A DNA stretch of 64,000 bases, from positions 1 to 64,000 of the forward strand of contig JBCBZT010000013.1 in NCBI GenBank assembly GCA_039815185.1. Direction: 5' to 3'. Shown here in pieces: positions 10,049-21,074 of this stretch; the first letter of the stretch is position 1, and every line of letters begins with the position of its first letter. A program made the translations under genes and the position numbers. This stretch comes from Cyanobacteria bacterium P01_A01_bin.123. Lineage in GTDB: Bacteria > Cyanobacteriota > Cyanobacteriia > Phormidesmidales > Phormidesmidaceae. Below the pieces are notes generated by a model. The model did no database searches. It was not told the origin of the DNA and saw nothing but the letters and a program-made list of their open reading frames with translations.

Positions 10049-10903
10049 ATGCTAGAAAAAATTCTCCTGGCAGATTCTGGCACGGGCAATACCGAGACCA
10101 TGCTCAAGGTGCTGATGGAGATCCCGACCATCCAGCGGGCATTGGTGAATGTGCTACATGTAGTCCCCCCCCAAGTTACATCTGATGCAATGGCTGCTAA
10201 GTGGGAAGCTGGCGGCAAAATCCTGGCTGAGGCGATCAACACCCTCAACCTTGATCCTCAGAAAGTGACGGCCATGCTGCGGGAAGGCGACCCAAAAGAC
10301 ATTGTGTGTAAAGTGGCTGATGAAATTGATGCCAGCTTAATCATTATGGGGTCACGCGGGCTGCAAGGGCTGAAGGCGATTTTAGATAACTCGGTCAGCC
10401 AGTACGTGTTTCAATTGTCGTCCCATCCAATGTTGCTGGTGAAGGATGATTTGTATGCCGTTCGTTCGATCAAGCGCATTTTGGTTGCTTTAGACAAATC
10501 TGATTCAGCCAAAGAGGGGCTAGATCTGGCCATCAGCTTATTGAAAGACGTAAAAGACAGCGAGCTGATTTTGGTGCACTCGGTGTCTAACCTGCGGGCA
10601 AAACCCTTTGATGAGACCAGTCCCGACCCTAATAAAGACCCGATTTTAATGGCAGCAGCAGCAGAGGCAAAAAAGTGGGGCATTCGCTATAAGTGTTTGG
10701 CACCAGAAGGCAAAGCAGGTTCGCGGATTTGCCAGGTTGCCGAAGATATGAATGTCAATCTACTCGTTTTAGGGTCTCCTGATCGCCGTCCATCAATTGC
10801 TAAGGGCATGCCGGATTTAGACCGTTTGCTGGGTGAATCGCTCTCAGACTATGTGCGAGTCTATGCACCTTGTCCGGTTTTGCTAACCCGAATGGCCGAT
10901 TAA
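10049..10903 (+). CDS. Tandem universal stress protein
   Basis: Two USP domains: ILLADSG...IIMGSRG...SVSQYV and ILVALD...LGS...SLSDYV...PCPVLL. Confidence 0.9.
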   Translation: MLEKILLADSGTGNTETMLKVLMEIPTIQRALVNVLHVVPPQVTSDAMAAKWEAGGKILAEAINTLNLDPQKVTAMLREGDPKDIVCKVADEIDASLIIMGSRGLQGLKAILDNSVSQYVFQLSSHPMLLVKDDLYAVRSIKRILVALDKSDSAKEGLDLAISLLKDVKDSELILVHSVSNLRAKPFDETSPDPNKDPILMAAAAEAKKWGIRYKCLAPEGKAGSRICQVAEDMNVNLLVLGSPDRRPSIAKGMPDLDRLLGESLSDYVRVYAPCPVLLTRMAD

Positions 10904-11052
10904 GTGTTACAATAAATACAGAAAATCTGACAAAAATCCTATTTTTCCCGAAAGTTTGCTTGGATCGATGTATCCAATAACAAAGGGGTAGGCGTTAGGC
11001 TCGGATTTTAAGGTAAACGTCTCTACTCAGATGCACTGTATAGGAGGCGAAA

Positions 11053-11184
11053 ATGATGAATACTGCATTGACGGAAGGACTAGAAGTTGTAGGTGTCATT
11101 TCAGTTGCGGCTTCGATTTTGATTCCAGTATTTTGCTGGGTTTTGATTAGCCGCGTTGATTTAAGCAAGCCCAAGAATGTCTAG
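11053..11184 (+). CDS. Small single-TM protein (43 aa)
   Basis: AGGAGG Shine-Dalgarno at 11042-11047; MMNTALTEGLEVVGVISVAASILIPVFCWVLISRVDLSKPKNV; followed by a terminator. Confidence 0.7.
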   Translation: MMNTALTEGLEVVGVISVAASILIPVFCWVLISRVDLSKPKNV

Positions 11185-11219
11185 GGTTCAAGACGTCTAC
11201 TAGTTTATTGAGATTGACG

Positions 11220-11252
11220 CAAAAGGAGCGTGGCAGTGCCATGCTCCTTTTG
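11220..11252. terminator. Bidirectional intrinsic terminator
   Basis: CAAAAGGAGCGTGGC-agt-GCCATGCTCCTTTTG between convergent genes. Confidence 0.8.
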
Positions 11253-11300
11253 TTGTTTCAGGTTGCCCAACGCAGGGAGGATTGATGTTAGAAGATTCGC

Positions 11301-13229
11301 TTAACTCAGCCGCTTGAGATAGGCTGCGATCGCGTCTTCGGTAATCTCCGTCATGGGACGTCCCTGTTTGTCTACTGCTGCCTTAAGGGCATCATAGGTT
11401 TCAGCTGATACGCCAATGCGATGACGACTTCGATTGGGCTTTTTACCCGCTGTCGCAGGAACATAGGTATCGGCAAATTGACGTAAGGCGTCAAATCCTA
11501 CCCGATCACAAAAGTCACCAAAGCTCTCTCTGACGTTGCGATTTTGTTTGAAATAGGCGAACAACGGCTCTAACCCAGCTTCTAGATCAGTTTCTTTTAG
11601 CTTTTGCTCATAAGGACGGGCCAGTCGGGTTTGGTTTGGCGATCCGCCCAACCAGATTTGATAAGCGCCGGGCGCACTGCCGACAAAGGCCAGTTCTGCC
11701 ATGTAGGGGCGGGCACAGCCGTTAGGGCAGCCGGTCATCCGCACCACAAAATGTTCATTGCCCAGGCCTAGCCGCTTGAGCAGCGATCGCAGCCGCTCCA
11801 AAATACTGGGAATTATGCGCTCAGATTCGGTAATCGCCAACCCGCAGGTTGGTAAGGCTGGGCAGGCCATGGCATAGCGTACTAGCGGATCAATGACATC
11901 AGCGGCTTGAATGCCGCAGCGATCTAAAATCCCTTGAATCTCAGCTTGATCGGCCGGATTGATCTCATAGAGAATCACATTGTGATTGGCCGTTAAGCGC
12001 ATGGGCAGCTGAAATCGCTGAGAAATCTCCCTGAGGGCCGTTCTCAATTGCAGCTTGCCATTGTCATAAACCCGGCCATTTTCGATGGAGATACCGATAA
12101 AAAGTTTACCGTCTCCCTGTTCATGCCAGCCCAGGTAATCGTAGTAAGTCCAATCCGGCAGTGCCTTGAACGGTTCAACTGCTTTGCCAAAGTAGCCTTC
12201 CAGCACTTCGCGAAACTTTTCGACGCCCCAGTCGTTAATCAAATATTTCATCCGGGCGTGACGACGGCTGACACGATCGCCATAGTCGCGTTGGGTCGCG
12301 ACGATCGCTTTCAGCAGGTCATATACATCCGCCTTATCCACATAGCCAATAGGATCGGCAATGCGGGCAAAGGTTTCTTCCTTATTATGAGTGCGCCCCA
12401 TGCCGCCCCCAGCCAACACATTGAACCCTTGCAGTTCGCCCTGATCGTCGGCGATCACCACTAGAGTGACATCCTGAGTGTAGATATCCACGGAGTTATC
12501 TCCGGGAACTGTCACCGCACACTTGAACTTACGCGGCATGTAATAAGTGCCGTAAATCGGCTCTTCTCCCTCGTGGAAAACGGTGCCGTTGCCATTGCGT
12601 TGCCGGGCGGTGACCACTTCCGGTGCTTCTTCAGCGGTGATAGCTTTTTCGCCATCTAGCCAAATTTCGTAATAGGCTTCGGTTTGAGGCCGCAGCAAAT
12701 CGGCAATATTATCGGCATACTGCCGAGCCAACACATATTCTGGACGGTTTTTGTAGGGTGCCGGGGGGGCCATGACGTTGCGGTTGAGGTCGCCGCAGGC
12801 CCCTAAGGTTGAGCCCATGCTGCGTACAATGGTCGCCACCGTTGCTTTCAGATTTTTCTTGAGAATGCCATGAATTTGGAATCCCTGGCGGGTGGTGACG
12901 CGGAGGGTGTGATTACCGTAGCGATCGCTGAGGTCATCTAAAGCCAAATAGAGTTCGGGTGCAATAAACCCCCCTGGGTTGCGAGTCCGCAACATGAACT
13001 GATAGTCCTTCTCCTGCCCTTTAACCCGATTATCACGGTTGTCTTGCTGGTAAGAACCATGAAACTTGAGGATTTGAATTGCGGCTTCTGAGAAATGGGT
13101 CGTATCTTGCAAAAGCTCTGTGGCGACAGGTTCTCGCAGGAAATTGCTACGTTCCTTGATGCCCTCTAGCTTGGATGGCTTTTTCTGATCAGGATTGTTG
13201 GAGTTGGGTTTAACAGGACTCTGAACCAT
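11301..13229 (-). CDS. sir: Ferredoxin-dependent sulfite reductase
   Basis: [24 protein letters not shown] and [11 protein letters not shown] siroheme/4Fe-4S motifs; start at ATG 13229. Confidence 0.95.
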   Translation of the reverse strand: MVQSPVKPNSNNPDQKKPSKLEGIKERSNFLREPVATELLQDTTHFSEAAIQILKFHGSYQQDNRDNRVKGQEKDYQFMLRTRNPGGFIAPELYLALDDLSDRYGNHTLRVTTRQGFQIHGILKKNLKATVATIVRSMGSTLGACGDLNRNVMAPPAPYKNRPEYVLARQYADNIADLLRPQTEAYYEIWLDGEKAITAEEAPEVVTARQRNGNGTVFHEGEEPIYGTYYMPRKFKCAVTVPGDNSVDIYTQDVTLVVIADDQGELQGFNVLAGGGMGRTHNKEETFARIADPIGYVDKADVYDLLKAIVATQRDYGDRVSRRHARMKYLINDWGVEKFREVLEGYFGKAVEPFKALPDWTYYDYLGWHEQGDGKLFIGISIENGRVYDNGKLQLRTALREISQRFQLPMRLTANHNVILYEINPADQAEIQGILDRCGIQAADVIDPLVRYAMACPALPTCGLAITESERIIPSILERLRSLLKRLGLGNEHFVVRMTGCPNGCARPYMAELAFVGSAPGAYQIWLGGSPNQTRLARPYEQKLKETDLEAGLEPLFAYFKQNRNVRESFGDFCDRVGFDALRQFADTYVPATAGKKPNRSRHRIGVSAETYDALKAAVDKQGRPMTEITEDAIAAYLKRLS

Positions 13230-13527
13230 GGGAATCCGAAATGGAATAGCTTGATGTACTGAGGACAATGACAAAAGAACCGACCTACGCAGCCGAGACC
13301 AGTAAGCCCCTTAAAGGCGTTGACTAGTATTGCCCGGTAAATCGGTCGGAATTTCGGTGAATCTTTTTTCTATGGTAACACTGGGACTTGGGGGAACGAT
13401 CGCCGCTGATGTTAGGAATCGTTAATTCCGTCTGCAGGGGTGAGGTCGCCTACCCGTTAGGATAAAAACTGTTCACTCGTTTACCCACGCAAAGAATCTC
13501 CCCCTTAAGTTGAGGAAGGATGTCATC

Positions 13528-13785
13528 ATGCCCGATGCGTTGATGTACCAAGAAGATATGTTTGTGCTGCTCGCTCCGGGCCAAGCAGAAGAATTCTTGA
13601 CGCCAGATGAATTGAAGGATCGGCTCAAAAATATTTTGGCTACCCGTCAAGACGATTTACCCAGAGACTTACAAAAATTTGACACGATTGACGAGCAGGC
13701 CCAGCATCTCGCTGAAACTGCCTGCGAACTAGAGCTTGCCCCCGGGCAAACCCTCCAATGGTATGCCGTGCGGTTGGAGAAGTAA
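13528..13785 (+). CDS. Chlororespiratory reduction protein 7 (CRR7, NDH-1 assembly)
   Basis: MPDALMYQEDMFV...FLT..EL...LP.DL....T...QA..L....CEL...PG..LQWYAVRLEK pattern. Confidence 0.82.
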   Translation: MPDALMYQEDMFVLLAPGQAEEFLTPDELKDRLKNILATRQDDLPRDLQKFDTIDEQAQHLAETACELELAPGQTLQWYAVRLEK

Positions 13786-13972
13786 GCGCTGCTCGGTCTA
13801 AAGTAAGGCGATCTTTGAGCGAAAGGTTGGCAAGATCAAAATCGCAACGATTAGTATGGTGAGGTTAACCATAGGTCTAGTCCAAGGAACTCGGCTACTG
13901 AAACGCTGAATTAAAGGGAGATAGCGTTGATGTTTTTTGATACTTGGGATGGGCTACTGAGGGTCAACTGGT

Positions 13973-14671
13973 TTACAAATGAGATTCCCATAGTTGCGTT
14001 AGCGTCACAACTTCATACGCTTTGCGTTTGCACTCAATGAGTAACTGGCTCAGGACGTTCACAGTGTTACGAGTCCGCTCAGGTGAGCCACCGTGCAGAA
14101 CAAGAATTGAACCTGGAAAGATAAAGTTGGATATATACCTGAGCGTAAAACCTGGATTATCTGTGGGTCGGAAAGTATCCAAGGGAAACACAGAAGCCAA
14201 GGCGAATTTATCATAATAACCAGGCATTTCTTTCAGAGTCCTGAGCATCGCCTGGTTATAAAATGCCTGTCCTGGACGAAACCATTTAATGTTCGCATTA
14301 GATTTTCTCGACAATATTTGGTGGGCTTGATTGACTTCATGCTCAAACTCAGCCGTTGCTAACAGGGCATGACGGTGATCTTTTTGCCCATGATTACCAA
14401 TTTCGTGACCTCGATTGAGGATCTCATCAAGCATCATCCCTGAATCATCTAAATAGTCAGTAATCACAAAAAACGTTGCGCTAATTCGTTTATTCTCATC
14501 AGTTATATTCTGATTAAAGTCATCAATCACATCCAGGATTTTTAGCGTGTCAGCATCGCCCACATCATCAATTGTGAGTGAAACAACCTTGGATGATGTT
14601 TTTTTATAAAACACAGCCTCAGAAAAGATCTGGGAGATGCCTGAAACGAGACTTCGTTGAATTAAACTCAT
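13973..14671 (-). CDS. Polysaccharide deacetylase (NodB-like, CE4)
   Basis: LTIDD, ATFFV, EIGNHG...H, WFRPG and ILVLH motifs. Confidence 0.85.
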   Translation of the reverse strand: MSLIQRSLVSGISQIFSEAVFYKKTSSKVVSLTIDDVGDADTLKILDVIDDFNQNITDENKRISATFFVITDYLDDSGMMLDEILNRGHEIGNHGQKDHRHALLATAEFEHEVNQAHQILSRKSNANIKWFRPGQAFYNQAMLRTLKEMPGYYDKFALASVFPLDTFRPTDNPGFTLRYISNFIFPGSILVLHGGSPERTRNTVNVLSQLLIECKRKAYEVVTLTQLWESHL

Positions 14672-14725
14672 CGCGTAAGGTAGATTTTTCTAAATTGGAC
14701 ATTGCCTGTCAGATCAAAATCGTGT

Positions 14726-15709
14726 TTACCTTTTACTGTAAATTTCAGGATTGACACAGTAGATCAACTGCTCACTCCTCAACCCCGCCGTTAAATTTTC
14801 GATAGCAATGTCCGCCATCTTGCGGCGAGTTTGAACGCTAGCACTACCAATATGGGGCGTAATAATTAAATTGTCTAAACTCAGCAGGCGACTATCTATC
14901 GGGATGGGTTCCGGTTCCGTCACATCGATCGCGGCTCCCGCAATTTGCCCAGTCTTCAAAGCTTGATAGAGGGCATCACTATCCACAATTGCCCCTCGTG
15001 CCGTGTTGATCAACCGTGCTGTCGGTTTCATCTGCGCAAACGCTGCCGCATCAAATAAGTGGTGAGTTCCTGGGGTCAACGGCGTATGAATCGTGACAAA
15101 ATCCGATTTTTGAAGCAAGGGTTCAAATTCAAGAAAGGTTACGTCTAAAGATCGCGCTATGTCTTTATCTACAGGTTGCCGCCCGCAGTAATAAACTGTC
15201 ATGCCAAACCCTTGTGCTCGGCGGGCTACTGCCTGACCGATGCGGCCGAACCCCAAAATTCCCAGCGTCGCTCCAGCCACATCTGGCCCCAACAACAAGT
15301 CCGGTTCCCAAGTTGTCCATGCGCCGGAGCGGGTGAAGCGATCGCCTGCGACCACCTGCCGCGCCGTCGCCATCAACAAAGCCCAGGTCAAATCGGCAGT
15401 AGCCTCAGTCAAAACCCCTGGCGTATTCCCGACAGGAATGCCCCGTGCCGTCGCTGCTGCCACATCGATATTGTCAAACCCCACCGCCATCTGGCTAATC
15501 ACTTTTAGATTAGGGCTAGCTGAGATCAAAGCCGCATCGATTCGATCAGTCAGCAAGCATAGCAACCCATCAACCTGGGCTGCCTTTTGGCGCAAAATGT
15601 CGTAGGGTGGCGGTTGTCGTTCGGGCCAAACGTCTACTGTTGCAATTTCATTTAAAGCATCCAAATCAGTCGGTAAGCGACGAGTGACAAAGACAGAAAA
15701 TTGAGACAT
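14726..15709 (-). CDS. D-glycerate dehydrogenase / glyoxylate reductase (D-2-hydroxyacid dehydrogenase)
   Basis: AVGFDNID, GFGRIG, INTARG, DVTEPEP and PHIGSA motifs. Confidence 0.9.
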   Translation of the reverse strand: MSQFSVFVTRRLPTDLDALNEIATVDVWPERQPPPYDILRQKAAQVDGLLCLLTDRIDAALISASPNLKVISQMAVGFDNIDVAAATARGIPVGNTPGVLTEATADLTWALLMATARQVVAGDRFTRSGAWTTWEPDLLLGPDVAGATLGILGFGRIGQAVARRAQGFGMTVYYCGRQPVDKDIARSLDVTFLEFEPLLQKSDFVTIHTPLTPGTHHLFDAAAFAQMKPTARLINTARGAIVDSDALYQALKTGQIAGAAIDVTEPEPIPIDSRLLSLDNLIITPHIGSASVQTRRKMADIAIENLTAGLRSEQLIYCVNPEIYSKR

Positions 15710-15745
15710 GGCCCCGACCAATTCGACTTGACAGGACTATAGCCA

Positions 15746-16468
15746 ATGGGATGTGAGATTACCGATATTGACTGGATTTTCTTTGATTGTTTCAACACCT
15801 TGATGGACGAAACTGCTGATGAAACAGGGCTAGCCCCGATGGAGCAGTTGCCCGTTGAAGCAGGGCTTTATCCTGATCGAGAGGCTTTCCATGCAGACTA
15901 CATCAACTGGCGCAAACGGCAGTGGCAGCATGACTGGCGGGAAATTCACCTGGGCGATCGCCTGCAAAATTTACTCACCCAACGCAATGTGCAAAGCGGC
16001 ATTGGATTATCTGATTCTGTCTTGCAAACCTTAATCGCAGACATGGTCACCAACTTCGAAGCCCATTATTTCCAGCTCTTGAAGCTACCCGAAGGGGTTG
16101 TGGAGATGCTTGATCACTGGCACGGCAAAGTTCAGATGGGCGTCGTGTCGAATATTCATATCCCCCATGTGCCTGAAAAATGGCTCACGGACTTTGGTTT
16201 GCGTCCCTACTTTGAATTTGTTCTTGACAGCGCCGCCTGCGGATGGAAAAAGCCGGGGCTAGAAATTTATCAAGCCGCTTGGCAACTCGCTGAGATCACA
16301 TCAACCCAAGTCCACCGAGTACTCTTCATTGGTGACAGCCTCCGCAATGATGTGTTGACCCCCATCCAATTGGGTATGCAGGGGATGTATTTTGAACGCC
16401 CCGGACGACCTAAGGTAGCGATTCCTGACTCAGTTCCAGTCATCAAACATTGGCAGGCATTTAGATGA
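15746..16468 (+). CDS. HAD-family hydrolase
   Basis: FFDCFNTL (motif I), VVSN, KKP and IGDSLRND. Confidence 0.85.
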   Translation: MGCEITDIDWIFFDCFNTLMDETADETGLAPMEQLPVEAGLYPDREAFHADYINWRKRQWQHDWREIHLGDRLQNLLTQRNVQSGIGLSDSVLQTLIADMVTNFEAHYFQLLKLPEGVVEMLDHWHGKVQMGVVSNIHIPHVPEKWLTDFGLRPYFEFVLDSAACGWKKPGLEIYQAAWQLAEITSTQVHRVLFIGDSLRNDVLTPIQLGMQGMYFERPGRPKVAIPDSVPVIKHWQAFR

Positions 16469-16658
16469 TTTTTGTTTATTGCGCTGGCCAGATTGCTTAA
16501 TGCACCTAGTATCGCTGGGATGCTCAATCACAAGCAATCTGGCTCGCCGTAGCGCACAAAGCTTTATGGCTAGGGCTACAAAAGCAATAGGGGCATAGCT
16601 TGCTATGCCCCTACTCAAGGTTTCAAATCGAATCTGGTTTAGCTGCGGTTGGACGATC

Positions 16659-17228
16659 TTAGCCAATGCGCAGGAGTTCAACATCGAAAATCAGCGTGGC
16701 ATTGGGCGGAATCACGCCGCCAGCCCCGCGAGACCCATAACCCAACTCGGGAGGAATAATTAGCTGACGACGACCGCCCACATTCATCGTCATTACCCCT
16801 TCATCCCAGCCTTTAATCACTTGGCCCACGCCAATGGTGAAACTAAAGGGCCGATTGCGATCGCGGGAGCTGTCAAATTTCGTGCCATCTTCCAGGGTGC
16901 CTGTGTAATGCACCGTTACCCGTTGGCCCGACTGGGGCATGGCTCCGGTACCTTCTTCTATCTCAACGTATTGCAGACCAGAATCTGTAGTGATGGCTGC
17001 TTCAGCCATATCAATCTCCTCAGTAGATGGTGTTTCGGCGGCGGGTGGCTCCATTAAATCTGCGGCAGATTGAGCAACTTGAGGGTTGGCTTCTGTCGTG
17101 ATTGCAACGGGTTCAGGTTGGGAAATATTCGCTGCGATCGCCGTTTGCTCACCGCCCATCACTTGAGAAACAATGACCACCGCACAGCAAACCACCAAAA
17201 CCCCGAAACTAATCAAAATCTCTCGCAT
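16659..17228 (-). CDS. FKBP-type peptidyl-prolyl isomerase
   Basis: [48 protein letters not shown]-terminal TM. Confidence 0.95.
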   Translation of the reverse strand: MREILISFGVLVVCCAVVIVSQVMGGEQTAIAANISQPEPVAITTEANPQVAQSAADLMEPPAAETPSTEEIDMAEAAITTDSGLQYVEIEEGTGAMPQSGQRVTVHYTGTLEDGTKFDSSRDRNRPFSFTIGVGQVIKGWDEGVMTMNVGGRRQLIIPPELGYGSRGAGGVIPPNATLIFDVELLRIG

Positions 17229-17248
17229 ATTTAGTCTCCTAATATTAC

Positions 17249-17572
17249 CTAACGCCACAACTTGTTTTCCAAATCGCGTACCTGCCGTTCCAATCGGTCT
17301 AAGCGCCCGCGGAGCTCGTCCATTTCTGCTTGACGGGGGACTCCTAGATCTTGCAGCACGTTACGCAGTTGGCGCTGCATTTGCTCCTCAAATTTTCCCT
17401 GCTCGCCGCCGAACTGGTTCATAAAGTCATCGACAAACGTCTTGGCCTGATCTGAATTGAGCCGTCCATCTCGGACCCACTCGTCGCTCACTTCGCGAAT
17501 TTTATCGGCCACCAAAGATGTTGTGCCAACGCCGATCATTAGCAACTGCCTGAGCAGGTTATTAGTATCCAT
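17249..17572 (-). CDS. Phasin-like coiled-coil protein
   Basis: [12 protein letters not shown]...V.DG...QAK...; [21 protein letters not shown]; conserved upstream of the FKBP gene in cyanobacteria. Confidence 0.7.
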   Translation of the reverse strand: MDTNNLLRQLLMIGVGTTSLVADKIREVSDEWVRDGRLNSDQAKTFVDDFMNQFGGEQGKFEEQMQRQLRNVLQDLGVPRQAEMDELRGRLDRLERQVRDLENKLWR

Positions 17573-17947
17573 GTCTTCCCCTATGGAACGGAGATTTGCG
17601 CTTACCGCTTTATTCTGACAAAAGATGGAGTCTGCGGGAGATTTACTTGTAGCGGAAAAAGGAGGACAGGGAGAGCTGACGGATCAGGGCGCCAGGGAGA
17701 AAAGCTAATTGAGTCGTGGCTGATTACTGGTGTGAAATACCTTTTTTCTCTCCCTCTCCCTGCGCCTCAGCCCCTTGTGCGCCAGCGCTTCAAACTCTTT
17801 TGCGCCTGGAACAGATATCCTAATCAAGTGTGTTAAAATTAGGGATACAACGCAGCGCAGAAACCCTATTCAGACGCTATTTGCGTTATTGCCATATTAT
17901 CGGCATCTAGCTGCCTGAATCACTGCTAATTTGGAGCTTTTTACTAT

Positions 17948-20632
17948 ATGAGCACCCCTCAAGAGCGGATCGTTCCCACGGATCTGCGGAGTGAGATGTC
18001 TCGGTCATACCTAGAATACGCGATGAGCGTCATTGTAGGCCGAGCCTTGCCCGATGCTAAGGACGGTCTTAAGCCTGTGCATCGCCGGATTTTATACGCT
18101 ATGCATGAGTTGGGGTTAACGGCAGATCGGCCGTTTCGCAAATGTGCTCGTGTGGTCGGGGAGGTGCTGGGTAAATTTCACCCCCACGGCGACACCGCTG
18201 TGTACGATGCCCTGGTGCGCATGGCCCAAGACTTTTCCATGCGATCGCCGCTGATTAACGGCCACGGCAACTTTGGCTCCATCGACAACGACCCGCCAGC
18301 GGCAATGCGATACACAGAGTGTCGGCTGCAAGCGTTAACGGGTGATTCGCTGCTGCAAGACATTGAGTCGGAAACCGTTGACTTCGTCGATAACTTTGAC
18401 GGCTCCCAGCAAGAACCTGTGGTGATGCCGTCACGGGTGCCCCAACTTTTGCTCAACGGCTCCTCTGGCATTGCTGTGGGCATGGCCACCAATATTCCAC
18501 CGCACAACTTGGGTGAGCTGATTGATGGGGTGATTGCCCTGATTCACAATCCAGAGATTTCCACCGCAGAGTTGATGCAGCACATTCCGGGGCCAGATTT
18601 CCCTACGGGAGCGCAAATCCTCGGCACTAGCGGCATTCACGAGGCTTATATGACTGGGCGAGGCTCAGTCACCATGCGTGGGGTTGCCAACATGGAAACG
18701 ATTGAGCACCGGGGCCGCCCTGATCGCGAAGCCATTATTGTCACCGAGCTGCCCTATCAAACGAATAAAGCCGCCCTAATCGAAAGGATTGCGGAACTGG
18801 TTAACGATCGCAAGATTGACGGCATCTCTGATATTCGCGACGAAAGCGATCGCACCGGGATGCGCATTGTCATCGAACTCAAGCGAGACGCCTATCCCCG
18901 CGTGGTGCTCAATAACCTGTATAAACAAACGCCGCTACAAAACAACTTTGGCGTCAACATGCTCTCCCTAGTGGACGGGGAACCCCAGCTTTTGGGGCTC
19001 AAACGCATGCTGGAAGTCTTTCTCGACTTCCGGATTGAAACCATCATTCGCCGCACCCGCTACGAGTTGCGCAAGGCAGAAGAACGGGATCACATGCTCC
19101 AAGGCTACCTGATGGCCCTGGCTAATCTAGACGACATCATTCATTTGATTCGCCATTCTGCTGATGCCCCCGTGGCAAAGCAGGAGCTGATTGATTCCTA
19201 CGGGTTTTCTGAAGCCCAAGCAGATGCCATCTTGCAAATGCAGCTCCGTCGCCTCACGGCCCTAGAAGCAGAGAAAATCCAGCAAGAGCATGAAGCGCTG
19301 CTAGAAAAGATCACCGATTTGCAGGATATCTTGGCTCGGCGGGAACGGGTGCTCGACATTATTGTGACCGAGTTGGGCACGCTGCGAGACTCCTATGCGG
19401 ATGAACGGCGCACGGTCATCGAGCGGGCTGAGGGAGAACTGACAGATATTTCCCTAATTGCCAATGAACAGGTGGTGATTTTGCTGACGGAGCAGGGCTA
19501 TATCAAGCGGATGCCGGTGGATACTTTTGAAGCCCAAAGCCGGGCGACCCGAGGCAAGTCGGGTACGCGGATGAAAGAAGACGATGGCATTGAGCACTTT
19601 ATTACCTGCTGCTCCCACGATAATGTGCTGTTCTTTAGCGATCGCGGGGTATCTTACTCGGTTCCGGCCTATCAAATTTCGGAAGGATCGCGCACGGCAC
19701 GGGGCATGCCGATCGTACAAATGCTGCCCATCCCCAAAGATGAGAAAATCACCTCGGTACTAGCCGTCAGCGAGTTTACCGATGAAGATTACTTGGTGAT
19801 GTTAACCCAGGGGGGTTACATCAAGAAGACAGCCCTTTCTGCTTTCAGCAACATCCGCACCAATGGATTGATCGCCATCTCCTTAGAAGAAGGCGATCAG
19901 CTGCGCTGGGTACGCTTAGCTCGGGAGTCCGACAGCATTTTGATTGGGTCTCACCAAGGCATGACCATTCACTTCCAGGCCAGTCACGATCAGCTAAGGC
20001 CACTCGGACGACCCACTCGCGGGGTGCGGGCGATGAACCTGAAGGACGAAGACATCCCGATCAGCATGGCGATTTTGCCGAGTCAAATTGCTGAAAGCGT
20101 TGCCCAAGCAGCTGAATCTGAAGCGGATGAAGACTCAGAAGAACTTGATGCCGAAGCCGTTGCCAATCCTGGCCCTTGGGTATTGGTGATCACAGCTGCC
20201 GGGTTGGGTAAGCGCGTCCCGGTGGCAAAATTCCGGCTACAAAATCGGGCTGGGATGGGGCTACGGGCGATCAAATTCCGGAAAGACGACGATCGACTCG
20301 TTGCACTGCGGGTGGTGGGCGACGAAGACGAACTGATGATTGTCACCATGCGCGGTATCATCATCCGCCAAGCCGTCAATGCGATTTCCATTCAGTCCCG
20401 GATGGCGACCGGTGTACAGGTTCAACGCTTAGATGATGACGACGCGATCGCGGCAGTTGCCATCGTGCCCACCATTGAAGAGGACGATCCCCTGGAAGAT
20501 CCCCAATCTGAATCTTCTGCAACTTTGGAATTAGCGGACTCAGCCTCAAGTATTCCTGAGGCTGCAGTTGCTGAAATGACATCTCCTGAAGATGGCGACA
20601 GTCCAGCGGGTGACGAACATACCCACGAATAG
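17948..20632 (+). CDS. gyrA: DNA gyrase subunit A
   Basis: [29 protein letters not shown] (catalytic Tyr), GyrA-box-like QSRATRG, acidic tail. Confidence 0.96.
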   Translation: MSTPQERIVPTDLRSEMSRSYLEYAMSVIVGRALPDAKDGLKPVHRRILYAMHELGLTADRPFRKCARVVGEVLGKFHPHGDTAVYDALVRMAQDFSMRSPLINGHGNFGSIDNDPPAAMRYTECRLQALTGDSLLQDIESETVDFVDNFDGSQQEPVVMPSRVPQLLLNGSSGIAVGMATNIPPHNLGELIDGVIALIHNPEISTAELMQHIPGPDFPTGAQILGTSGIHEAYMTGRGSVTMRGVANMETIEHRGRPDREAIIVTELPYQTNKAALIERIAELVNDRKIDGISDIRDESDRTGMRIVIELKRDAYPRVVLNNLYKQTPLQNNFGVNMLSLVDGEPQLLGLKRMLEVFLDFRIETIIRRTRYELRKAEERDHMLQGYLMALANLDDIIHLIRHSADAPVAKQELIDSYGFSEAQADAILQMQLRRLTALEAEKIQQEHEALLEKITDLQDILARRERVLDIIVTELGTLRDSYADERRTVIERAEGELTDISLIANEQVVILLTEQGYIKRMPVDTFEAQSRATRGKSGTRMKEDDGIEHFITCCSHDNVLFFSDRGVSYSVPAYQISEGSRTARGMPIVQMLPIPKDEKITSVLAVSEFTDEDYLVMLTQGGYIKKTALSAFSNIRTNGLIAISLEEGDQLRWVRLARESDSILIGSHQGMTIHFQASHDQLRPLGRPTRGVRAMNLKDEDIPISMAILPSQIAESVAQAAESEADEDSEELDAEAVANPGPWVLVITAAGLGKRVPVAKFRLQNRAGMGLRAIKFRKDDDRLVALRVVGDEDELMIVTMRGIIIRQAVNAISIQSRMATGVQVQRLDDDDAIAAVAIVPTIEEDDPLEDPQSESSATLELADSASSIPEAAVAEMTSPEDGDSPAGDEHTHE

Positions 20633-20729
20633 CCCACTCAGGGCTGCTATAAAACTCAGAGGCTGCTATAAAACTTACTCAGTCTTAAAGCAGCCTTTTA
20701 GAGAGACATGCCTTAGCGAAACAGGGAGG

Positions 20730-21074
20730 CTATTCCATCTCCAATCCCTCCAACATCTCAATCGGAGGGTGCCAGCGGTATTCCGACAGCTCAATTTTGC
20801 CCTTTGGGTTAAAGCTGATGCCTTCATCTTCTAAAAGCGCCTGTTGCAGGTAATCTGCCCCGTTTCTAACGGGCGAATACGACACTTCCCCTTTGGCGTT
20901 AATCACCCGATGCCAAGGCACTTCCATCTCATCGGTCACCTTGTACAGGGCGTAGCCCACCAAACGCGGTTTGCCAATTAGCCCTGCCAGTTCTGCCACT
21001 TGACCGTAGGTGGCCACACGACCTGCTGGAATCTGACGCACAACCGCATAAATTTGCTCGTAAGTTTTACTCAT
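20730..21074 (-). CDS. Alkyltransferase-like protein (ATL/YbaZ, MGMT family)
   Basis: IPAGRVATYGQVA and PWHRV (Trp replaces the catalytic Cys). Confidence 0.88.
   Translation of the reverse strand: MSKTYEQIYAVVRQIPAGRVATYGQVAELAGLIGKPRLVGYALYKVTDEMEVPWHRVINAKGEVSYSPVRNGADYLQQALLEDEGISFNPKGKIELSEYRWHPPIEMLEGLEME

Noticed and set aside
10905..10921. TGTTACAATAAATACAG as an NtcA or RpaB (HLR1) site
   Set aside because: GTT-N8-TAC deviates from GTA-N8-TAC and the repeat spacing does not fit HLR1; too weak to call.
11053..11184. Assigning the symbol psbM
   Set aside because: Similarity to PsbM is too loose; kept as an unnamed small protein and raised as a finding.
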